A stretch of DNA of 64,000 nucleotides from an uncultured Prolixibacteraceae bacterium (GTDB lineage: Bacteria > Bacteroidota > Bacteroidia > Bacteroidales > FEN-979), in NCBI GenBank assembly GCA_964605775.1, contig CAZSDU010000006.1, forward strand, positions 10,258 through 74,257. Reading direction: 5' to 3'. The notes below the pieces were generated by a model. That model had not been told where the DNA came from, did no database searches, and saw only the letters and a program-made list of their open reading frames with translations. The first letter of the stretch is position 1. Each line of letters begins with the position of its first letter. Both the position numbers and the translations under genes were made by a program. This document shows positions 28,963 through 36,291 of this stretch, piece after piece.

Positions 28963-30825
28963 TTGGCTCAGAATATGGAGGATACCTTACATTTGCCCGA
29001 GTTTGAGGTTAAAGCAAATTATGTGATCGATAATCATGGATTTAAACGGATTAAATTCGATTCCATTACCCTGATTCCTCACATAGCTTCAGATCTTTCA
29101 CTCATACTTTCTGAATATTCTACCATTTTTGTTAAATCATATGGAAACGGAACCCTTGCCACACCTTCCTTTCGGGGGACAACCGCACAACATACACAGG
29201 TACAGTGGAACGGGATAAACCTCAATTCTCCTATGCTCGGACAGATAGACCTGTCTCAGATTCCGGTTGCTCAGTTTGAAAAGATAGAGATACTCTATGG
29301 TGCGGCAGGAATTGCACTCACCAGCGGAGCTTTCGGAGGTGTGATCAATATGGTGAGTAGCCCTGATTGGAATAATAGATTTAATATAATGGGAGCTCAG
29401 AGCTTCGCCAGCTTCGACAATTACTCCACCAATGTCAGCCTGGCTATGGGTAACAGCCATTTACAATCGCATACAAAAATCAATTATTCTTCGAGCCTGA
29501 ATGATTTTCCATATTTTAATGATCAGTTGCAGGAAAAGGTGTATCAACAAAATGCTTCATTTAAACAATTTGGAATTTCTCAGGAGTTCTATTGGAAATT
29601 AAAAGATAAGCACCTTTTTTCTGCCCGGTTATGGTATAGCCAATCCGATCGCAACCTTCCACCAACCATCCTTTCTGACCCAAACCAATCGGAAAAGCAG
29701 AAAGATGATATTTTACGCGCCATTATTGAATATAAATATGTCGAAAAAAAGTATCATTTCATGATCCATTCGGCTTTATCCGACCAGTTCATGAACTATC
29801 GGAACGACAGTTTGAATTCCAATCATCAAGTTTATACCTGGATTAACAGAGCTCGCTTCACGTATAACGGAATTAAGAAGCTCAGTCTTAAGCCAGGGTT
29901 AGATTTCAATTATGACTGGGCTTTCTCAGATGGTTACCAGGGGATGAAAACCAGAATTACCACCAGTTTATTTGCTGAGATTTTTTATGATATTTCCAAG
30001 AAAATTAAGGGATCAATGGTGTTTCGTGAGGAATTGATCGATGGAAAATTTATGCCTGTCATTTCAACCCTTGGAATGGAATATAAACCGTTTAACAAAA
30101 TTAATTTTGTTCTTTCATCAAACATTGCCAGGAATTACAGATTTCCGACCCTGAATGAACTGTACTGGAGCCCGGGAGGAAACCCAGACCTCAAACCTGA
30201 GCTGGATTATATCGTGGAACTCGGTAGCACATATAATTTATTATCACATCACGGCAATTTGTTTCTTGAGGCCTCATTATCAGGATATTATTCCTGGATA
30301 TATGACATGATTGTATGGATTCCAATGGAAGAAAATATAAGCCTTTGGCGGCCTGAGAATGTCAATGAGGTTCTAGCCCGCGGGTTTGAATTCAGTCTGA
30401 ATCTGAAATGGACTATTTTTGGATTTGACCTGGGATTAAAAAATAATTATTCCTATAATCGATCTACTTATGAGAAGTCATCTTCACCCAATGATCAGAA
30501 ACAGGGTAAACAATTGATTTATACCCCGCTGAATTCATTAAACAGCATGATTTCTATTGAAAAATGGAAATTCTTCCTCAGGTATAATTTTATGTTTATC
30601 GGGAAAAGATTTACCTCTAATGATAACCTTTCCTACATGCCTGCGTATAACTTATCTAATATTATTTTAGGAAAGAATATTAATTTGAAAAATATTTGTT
30701 TAACTTTACAAGCAGAAATTAAGAACCTGTTCAATCTCGACTATCAGTCAATTAAAAACAGACCGATGCCGGGTATTAATTATGGATTAACAATAAAAGT
30801 TTCATTTATCAAAGGAAACAGGTAG
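28963..30825 (+). CDS. TonB-dependent receptor (small, BtuB/CirA-size, no SusC-type N-extension)
   Basis: The plug region is ATPSFRGTTAQHTQVQWNGINLNSP and IEILYGAAG, followed by a long beta-barrel. The start is uncertain: the listed start is TTG at 28963, and the signal-peptide-like sequence lies upstream without a canonical start (see findings). Confidence 0.8.
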   Translation: MAQNMEDTLHLPEFEVKANYVIDNHGFKRIKFDSITLIPHIASDLSLILSEYSTIFVKSYGNGTLATPSFRGTTAQHTQVQWNGINLNSPMLGQIDLSQIPVAQFEKIEILYGAAGIALTSGAFGGVINMVSSPDWNNRFNIMGAQSFASFDNYSTNVSLAMGNSHLQSHTKINYSSSLNDFPYFNDQLQEKVYQQNASFKQFGISQEFYWKLKDKHLFSARLWYSQSDRNLPPTILSDPNQSEKQKDDILRAIIEYKYVEKKYHFMIHSALSDQFMNYRNDSLNSNHQVYTWINRARFTYNGIKKLSLKPGLDFNYDWAFSDGYQGMKTRITTSLFAEIFYDISKKIKGSMVFREELIDGKFMPVISTLGMEYKPFNKINFVLSSNIARNYRFPTLNELYWSPGGNPDLKPELDYIVELGSTYNLLSHHGNLFLEASLSGYYSWIYDMIVWIPMEENISLWRPENVNEVLARGFEFSLNLKWTIFGFDLGLKNNYSYNRSTYEKSSSPNDQKQGKQLIYTPLNSLNSMISIEKWKFFLRYNFMFIGKRFTSNDNLSYMPAYNLSNIILGKNINLKNICLTLQAEIKNLFNLDYQSIKNRPMPGINYGLTIKVSFIKGNR

Positions 30826-30842
30826 AAGTTCAATCAAAATCA

Positions 30843-31964
30843 TTGACCGTGAAGGTAACCCACCACAATTTAAATATCACCTTAATTATTTTTTTTACCC
30901 TTGCAATAACTGTCCTTACTTCTTGTTCAAAGGATCCCATCAGGGAAATAACGGATGATCCCGATACAACGACGATTCACACTTCATACACAAATGGCAT
31001 TTTTATTATCAATGAAGGTAATTATAACTGGGGCAATGCCACCATATCTTTCATTGACGAGAAAACAGGGAATGTTCAGCAAAACATTTTCCAGAAAGCA
31101 AACCAACGGAGCCTTGGTGATGTCGCTCAATCCATGGGAATTTTCAGGGATTATGGTTTGATCTTAGTGAACAATTCTAACAAAGTAGAAGTAGTGGCCT
31201 TGAAAGATTTTAAATCCGTAAAATCCATTACTGGATTTACATCCCCAAGATATCTTGCCATTGTTGACTCAAATAAAGCTTATGTGTCTAATCTTAAAAA
31301 AGACATTACGGTCATTAACCTGAAAGATTTTACTGTCGAGAGAACGATCCAAACTCCAACCTGGACTGAGGGTTTGATTAAGTTTGACCATTATGTTTTC
31401 GTGACTAGTATTGGAAATTATTATTCTTCCAATATGAACCGCAAGGCTCAGATTTATATCATTGATGTTGATAAGGATATCATTGTAGATAGTATTGTAA
31501 CTGGCAAGGAACCCATGGGCATCGTAATGGATAGAAAACAGAAAATCTGGGTTTTGTGCACTGGCGGATATGATCATTTTGAAGCACCAAGTCTATTACG
31601 CATTGATCCTGGCTTACGCCTGATCGAGAAAACATTTACATTCCCTTTAAATAGTGGGATTCCTTCCCGTTTGTGTATCAACCCGACTGCTGACACCTTA
31701 TATTTTATTAAAGATGGTATTTATCAAATGCCGGTCGCATCGGCTGAACTTCCATCCGCTTCTTTTATCAAGTCTGAAGGAAGGTTGTTCTACGGATTGT
31801 CCATCCATCCACGAAGTGGGGCAATATTTGTCTCCGATGCCATAGATTATGTTCAGAGTGGAATGGTTTATCAATATCATCAGAAAACTGGTCAGTTAAT
31901 TAAATCATATACCGCCGGTCGTATTCCCGGGTCATTCTGTTTTACTTCCCAAACCGGAAATTAG
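30843..31964 (+). CDS. YncE-family / DUF5074 beta-propeller lipoprotein
   Basis: TTG start. The signal peptide ends in lipobox LTSCSKD. IFIINEGNYNWGNATISFID, LGDVAQSM and NKVEVVALKDF are characteristic of DUF5074 proteins, which usually sit next to TonB-dependent receptors. Confidence 0.7.
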   Translation: MTVKVTHHNLNITLIIFFTLAITVLTSCSKDPIREITDDPDTTTIHTSYTNGIFIINEGNYNWGNATISFIDEKTGNVQQNIFQKANQRSLGDVAQSMGIFRDYGLILVNNSNKVEVVALKDFKSVKSITGFTSPRYLAIVDSNKAYVSNLKKDITVINLKDFTVERTIQTPTWTEGLIKFDHYVFVTSIGNYYSSNMNRKAQIYIIDVDKDIIVDSIVTGKEPMGIVMDRKQKIWVLCTGGYDHFEAPSLLRIDPGLRLIEKTFTFPLNSGIPSRLCINPTADTLYFIKDGIYQMPVASAELPSASFIKSEGRLFYGLSIHPRSGAIFVSDAIDYVQSGMVYQYHQKTGQLIKSYTAGRIPGSFCFTSQTGN

Positions 31965-32597
31965 TATTCCGGCAGATTTTATAAGTTCCTGGAACTCTGA
32001 TAAAATCATTGCCGTCGCCCCCCAAACAATATGTTCATTGATTTCCCAGCAAGGGACGCTGAAACTGAAACCAAGCTTTATTTTTATTCTCCGGGTTTTA
32101 ATGTTTTGCTCGTTCATTAAGTCACTTATACGTACTTCAATGATCTCTGCTACTTCTCTGGGATCAGGTATAAAATCAGGTCGGCTTTTGGTAAACCCGA
32201 TAAATGGGCTTACCATATAATTACTTGGAGGAATGTAAAGGGGTGTCAATTCTCCCAAAAAATGAATGGTTGAAGCAAGAATTCCAATTTCTTCTTGGGA
32301 CTCTCTGATAGCAGTCCCCCATAGGTCAGGGTCAAAATTCTCAAACTTACCTCCGGGTAAGCTGATCTGGGATGAATGAACGCCATGATAGTCAGGTCTC
32401 TGGATAAGTACAAAAGACATCTCTTCCTGATACGGATAAAGAAGAATCAAAACACTGCTTCTTAACGGATTTTCAGGTTTAATTCTCCTCCATTTGGTAA
32501 TCCGCTTCAAAGAAGACATTCTTGATTGGGCCGAAATTCCTGGTAAAGTACCTGATAATCTATCTTTTAACTTCGAAATAATAATTTCAGAATTCAT
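31932..32597 (-). CDS. NUDIX hydrolase, CoA pyrophosphatase-like
   Basis: NUDIX box LPGGKFENFDPDLWGTAIRESQEEIGI. The upstream LLYP...VLIQR pattern is typical of the CoA pyrophosphatase subgroup. Confidence 0.8.
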   Translation of the reverse strand: MNSEIIISKLKDRLSGTLPGISAQSRMSSLKRITKWRRIKPENPLRSSVLILLYPYQEEMSFVLIQRPDYHGVHSSQISLPGGKFENFDPDLWGTAIRESQEEIGILASTIHFLGELTPLYIPPSNYMVSPFIGFTKSRPDFIPDPREVAEIIEVRISDLMNEQNIKTRRIKIKLGFSFSVPCWEINEHIVWGATAMILSEFQELIKSAGILISGLGSKTE

Positions 32598-32746
32598 GGA
32601 ATGAACAACTTTTCAACAACATTTAAACAATCTTCTGTTTTCATTTTTCTAATTTACTATAAAACAGATAAATATGATAATTATTTTATTCACAATTTGT
32701 TAATAACTATGGTTAAGAAGTTGTTCTTATAAATATTGTAAAAAAC

Positions 32747-32778
32747 TTGCATTCCGCATCCTTTTCATTGTATATTTG
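32747..32778 (+). promoter_or_regulatory. Bacteroidota sigma-A type promoter driving the orphan RNA
   Basis: TTG at 32747-32749, a 21-nt spacer, then TATATTTG at 32771-32778. It sits at the end of a very AT-rich 180-bp tract, immediately before the composition switch. Confidence 0.45.
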
Positions 32779-32784
32779 TTTTTC

Positions 32785-33093
32785 AGGTGAGCGATAAAAG
32801 GCCCAGAGAGATCAGGAGTTTGAAAGCAAAAATCGCAAGGTAGCTGCACTCAATCATCCAGCCCGAAGTTAAGCCGAGACCGCAAGAATCGAGCCTATTA
32901 AGGGTGATTTCGAAAGGGGATCCGGAACAAAGCAGACTGTAAGGAAAGCCGAGTGAAGGAACCGGGGAGAAAAGGGAAGGGGAGACCCGGAACAAGTACG
33001 ACCAGCCTAAATAACCGTAACTTGAACGTACCAGGTAACTACGGTTGCCAGGAAAACGGGATGGGAATTTCTTCGGCCAGAAGAGGTTCCCAT
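32785..33093 (+). ncRNA. candidate ncRNA of unknown class (about 310 nt, purine- and GGA-rich, own promoter and terminator)
   Basis: There are stops in all plus-strand frames. Composition changes abruptly relative to the flanks. A consensus promoter lies upstream and a 14-bp terminator hairpin lies at the 3' end. Internal repeated motifs and local hairpins are present (for example the GAAA-capped stem at 32906-32922 and CCGGG 32962-32966 / CCCGG 32986-32990). No downstream plus-strand gene exists. The 5' end is inferred, not observed. Confidence 0.5.
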
Positions 33094-33102
33094 CGGTGTT
33101 TT
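33061..33102. terminator. bidirectional rho-independent terminator
   Basis: A 14-bp stem (two G-U pairs) between 33061-33074 and 33080-33093 with a 5-nt loop. CGGUGUUUUAUU follows on the plus strand and CCCGUUUUCC on the minus strand. It is shared by the RNA unit and the convergent gene ending at 33117. Confidence 0.7.
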
Positions 33103-33116
33103 ATTCCCTACAGTTA

Positions 33117-33881
33117 TTAAAGTAAATAGGGCAGCACAGCTTTGCGGTTTTTTGGGTAATCCGGGAAAATTGAATGATACCATTGATGATGATGCAAGGC
33201 TCGAGGCAGGAGATTGACAAGGGTCCAGATGGCAAATGCAAGCCCTGGAGAACTCCAGGTAAGTAAAGCAAAACCAAACCATTCCAGAATCTCTCCAAAA
33301 TGATTCGGACAAGAAACAAACCTGAAAAAGCCTTTCATCGGGATAATATAACCTGTTTCGCCTGGTTTTCGTAAATGAATGAGAATATTATCCGATTGCC
33401 AGTTGATAAACATCCCGAAGAAAAATATTAAAATTCCAGAGATAAACCTGAAATCAAGAAGGTAAGAAAGAGGGTAATGAGATTCATTGGCCAGGCTGCC
33501 TAAAAAATACCCATTGATAAACCCATTGACGAAATTAAAACCAATAGCCATGAATACGATGGCAAGGGGCATTTTTTTTCCCTTGGTTCTCAAACGGAAT
33601 GGAAAGATGAGTGTCCGGTTGATATAATGTAATACCCAGAGGCCAAAAAAAATCCAGGTTACTGTTGGATGTATTCCTGACCCGAAAAGGTAAAAACCGG
33701 CAAAAACAAGCAATGCTGGCATTTCCATTAAAATCCAACCTGCACGGTTATCAATCATGGCGCCCCATTTTTTTGTGGTATGCCGGCCATAGGGTGCAAT
33801 GATATGGATAACCACAGGAAAAATCAAGATTGCTATGGCAATCCAGATATATACGATGAAATAAAAAGTAGATTCCTTCAT
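33117..33881 (-). CDS. 3-oxo-5-alpha-steroid 4-dehydrogenase (steroid 5-alpha-reductase) family membrane protein
   Basis: 254 aa and polytopic. The C-terminal GYIIPMKGFFRFVSCPNHFGEILEWFGFAL matches the conserved 5-alpha-reductase C-terminal domain. Confidence 0.75.
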   Translation of the reverse strand: MKESTFYFIVYIWIAIAILIFPVVIHIIAPYGRHTTKKWGAMIDNRAGWILMEMPALLVFAGFYLFGSGIHPTVTWIFFGLWVLHYINRTLIFPFRLRTKGKKMPLAIVFMAIGFNFVNGFINGYFLGSLANESHYPLSYLLDFRFISGILIFFFGMFINWQSDNILIHLRKPGETGYIIPMKGFFRFVSCPNHFGEILEWFGFALLTWSSPGLAFAIWTLVNLLPRALHHHQWYHSIFPDYPKNRKAVLPYLL

Positions 33882-33887
33882 CTGTCA

Positions 33888-34871
33888 TCAATTTTTTAAA
33901 TATTCATTCGCCTGAAACCAAACCAACATATCACGCAGGGAATCACTCAAGGGTCTGGGATCAAATCCAAGTTCTTGTTTTGCTTTGTTATTACTGATCA
34001 AACGATTTCCTTCTTTTATAATGGTCAGTGATTCACTGGTATAAAGAGGTTGAGTGCCAGTCATTTTGCTGAATAAACTGATGAAAGGCAACCCAATACG
34101 AGCAGACCAGAAAGGCAGAACGGTCATCACGGTCTTTTTTTTGGTATGTTGCCTGATTAGCCCGGATAATTCTTTGATGCTGTGCCAATGCCCTGAAAGT
34201 AAATATTTCTCACCCTTCCTTCCATTTTCTATCGAGGATATAGCAGCAGCAACCACATCTCTGACATCTACCCAGTCGTAACCACCGGGAACAAGAGCTG
34301 GAATTTTCCTGTGATACAGGTCAAGAACAGCCTGGCCTGTCAAAGAAGGTTCGGGATCGGCAGGACCGATGATGGCGGTAGGACTTAAAACCAAAGCATT
34401 CAGACCCTGATTCACTGAAGCCATGACTGCTCTTTCTCCTTCTGCCTTTGAACGATCATAGGCAAATCCTTCACCAGAAACGAGAGGTCTGGTTTCATCG
34501 AGGGATTGATCCAGAGGGTACTGCTTAAAGGCATGTATAGAGCTGAAATGTATAAATTTACGAACGTTACAGCGGATGGCGACTTCAATCAGATTTTTTG
34601 TCCCTTCAACATTGATCCGATTGACCATTCCATCCGGATCGCCGGTGATGGAAATTTTGGCGGCCAAATGAAAGACGACCTCGGCGGCAGTGAGAAATGG
34701 GGAAATTGACTCCTTTGCCAGGAGGTCTCCCTTGTAAATTTTGACGGCTAAATTTTTTAATCCTTGTGAATTTTTATGAGTGAATGCCCTGACTTCATGA
34801 CCCTGGTCCAACAGGGCTTTACAGAGGTTTACACCAACATGCCCGTTGGCTCCGGTTACAGCAATGATCAT
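33888..34871 (-). CDS. NAD-dependent epimerase/dehydratase (extended SDR, dihydroflavonol-reductase/3beta-HSD-like)
   Basis: MIIAVTGANGHVGVNL Rossmann motif and YDRSKAEGE catalytic YxxxK. It lies 6 nt upstream of the reductase gene. Confidence 0.8.
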   Translation of the reverse strand: MIIAVTGANGHVGVNLCKALLDQGHEVRAFTHKNSQGLKNLAVKIYKGDLLAKESISPFLTAAEVVFHLAAKISITGDPDGMVNRINVEGTKNLIEVAIRCNVRKFIHFSSIHAFKQYPLDQSLDETRPLVSGEGFAYDRSKAEGERAVMASVNQGLNALVLSPTAIIGPADPEPSLTGQAVLDLYHRKIPALVPGGYDWVDVRDVVAAAISSIENGRKGEKYLLSGHWHSIKELSGLIRQHTKKKTVMTVLPFWSARIGLPFISLFSKMTGTQPLYTSESLTIIKEGNRLISNNKAKQELGFDPRPLSDSLRDMLVWFQANEYLKN

Positions 34872-35012
34872 TATATATAGGGTTTAGTTGCAAAAATAAC
34901 AATATTTCAATAATAATTAATTTAGAATATTATCTTATAATTAATATTATGTTAAGTAGTGTGTTTCAAAAAAGAAGCCGCAATAATACGACTTCTCTTA
35001 AGGGTATCTGCC

Positions 35013-36218
35013 CTATTTTTTTCTTAGTTCATTGATCTTAACATTTATTTCCTCGATTTTATCCTTCTTGCCCTGAATTGAATAAATCTGTTTTAGTGAA
35101 AGCAAAGTATTCATATCGCTGGGATCGAGTTCATTTGCAATAGTTAAAAATGGAAGTGCAAGCTCAAAATTCTTAGTTCCCTGATCTGAAAGCTTTTTAT
35201 ACTCTTCTGCTTTTTCCAAAGGTAACTTATTGGCAGCATTATGATAATTTGCCCCAGTATTAAAGTACAAAGCTCCAAGATTAAAGTAGGCATCAAAATA
35301 TTTTGGATTTATCTGAATGGCCTTTTCATATGCTTTTACAGCATTCCCAAAGATTACACCTCTTTCTTCCATTGTTTTAATGGTATCATTATATGCTTTG
35401 TCGTATAATGTGCCCATGACAAAGAATACCGATGGATTTAATGAATCGGTTTGTGTGATCATTTTAAGTTTTTCGAGCGCCTTTTCATCTTCACCAAATC
35501 CCAGATACATATTGGTTTCAGCTTTAATCAGATCTTCATCTTTGGGAAAAAGATCACGACCTTTCTTCATAATATCATAGGCATTCTCTTTTTCCCTTAA
35601 CTTGGTATAATAATTTGTTAAACCAATATACACTTCTGCCGTATTTTTTCCGGCTTTCAGTGTACTTAAATAATAATCGCGTGCTTTATCATATCTTTCT
35701 GCTTTATCAGCAGCTACAGCAGCAATGAGTAACAATGCAGTATCTGTTTGATTGACAATTTGAAAAAGATTTGCTGCATTTTCAATTTTGAACATAGATT
35801 CCTCATATTTTCTTTGGTTGAACTTCTCCACCCCTTCCTGATAAAACCTTTGTCTGAGTGTATCAATATTCACCTGAATTTCTTCGGTATATTTCTTCTT
35901 GGTATCAAATTTATAAGCATTTTTAAAGGACGAAAGAGCAATGTTGAGAAATTCCTGATTACCAGGATTATCCCTGTACAGATTAATATAAATCAACGCT
36001 TTATAAAACCATGTCTTTCCATCTCCCGAGGTTTCTGAATTGACAGAAGCATCATCAATATATTTTTTTGCTTCAGCCAATTTCTTTTGTTTATCGTCCT
36101 GGGTTTTTGCACGATTATACTCTTTCAGAAAATTGTATGCAGTTTGTGTATTAACACTCTGAGCTTTAACGTAAATAAAAGCCAGAACAAGCAATGAACC
36201 GACAAGAATCCTTTTCAT
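35013..36218 (-). CDS. secreted tetratricopeptide-repeat protein
   Basis: Signal peptide plus multiple TPR-like A..Y..A....P modules (AYEKAIQINPKYFDAYFNLGALYF and others). Confidence 0.7.
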   Translation of the reverse strand: MKRILVGSLLVLAFIYVKAQSVNTQTAYNFLKEYNRAKTQDDKQKKLAEAKKYIDDASVNSETSGDGKTWFYKALIYINLYRDNPGNQEFLNIALSSFKNAYKFDTKKKYTEEIQVNIDTLRQRFYQEGVEKFNQRKYEESMFKIENAANLFQIVNQTDTALLLIAAVAADKAERYDKARDYYLSTLKAGKNTAEVYIGLTNYYTKLREKENAYDIMKKGRDLFPKDEDLIKAETNMYLGFGEDEKALEKLKMITQTDSLNPSVFFVMGTLYDKAYNDTIKTMEERGVIFGNAVKAYEKAIQINPKYFDAYFNLGALYFNTGANYHNAANKLPLEKAEEYKKLSDQGTKNFELALPFLTIANELDPSDMNTLLSLKQIYSIQGKKDKIEEINVKINELRKK

Positions 36219-36291
36219 ATTAATTCTATTTTAAATTTTTAGGCCACAAAGATAAAAAATATGGTTTGAATTGTTGTGTATTTGTAACAAA

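Noticed and set aside
32785-33093. Identity of the orphan RNA as RNase P RNA, tmRNA, SRP RNA, 6S RNA, a T-box or a cobalamin or c-di-AMP riboswitch
   Set aside because: No GGAAAGUCCGG / ACAGAA..CGGCUUA P4 strands are present, so it is not RNase P. There is no GGUUCGA T-arm, CCA end or tag ORF, so it is not tmRNA. CCGGAACAAAGCAG resembles SRP domain IV but lacks the pairing GGA after the GGAA loop. The 5' and 3' ends are not complementary, so it is not 6S. AAGCCGAGACCGC only partly resembles the B12 box and lies in the wrong order relative to the other core elements. No downstream plus-strand gene exists for any riboswitch or leader. These are by-eye checks only, so an Rfam scan is still needed.
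32783-33319. Minus-strand ORFs of 70, 101 and 72 aa in the track (32783-32995, 33007-33312, 33101-33319) as protein-coding genes
   Set aside because: Their translations are low-complexity Pro/Ser/Leu/Phe-rich mirror images of a purine-rich plus strand. They overlap the terminator hairpin and the well-supported 33117-33881 gene, and I found no promoter-like motif for them. The region is better explained as a plus-strand non-coding transcript.
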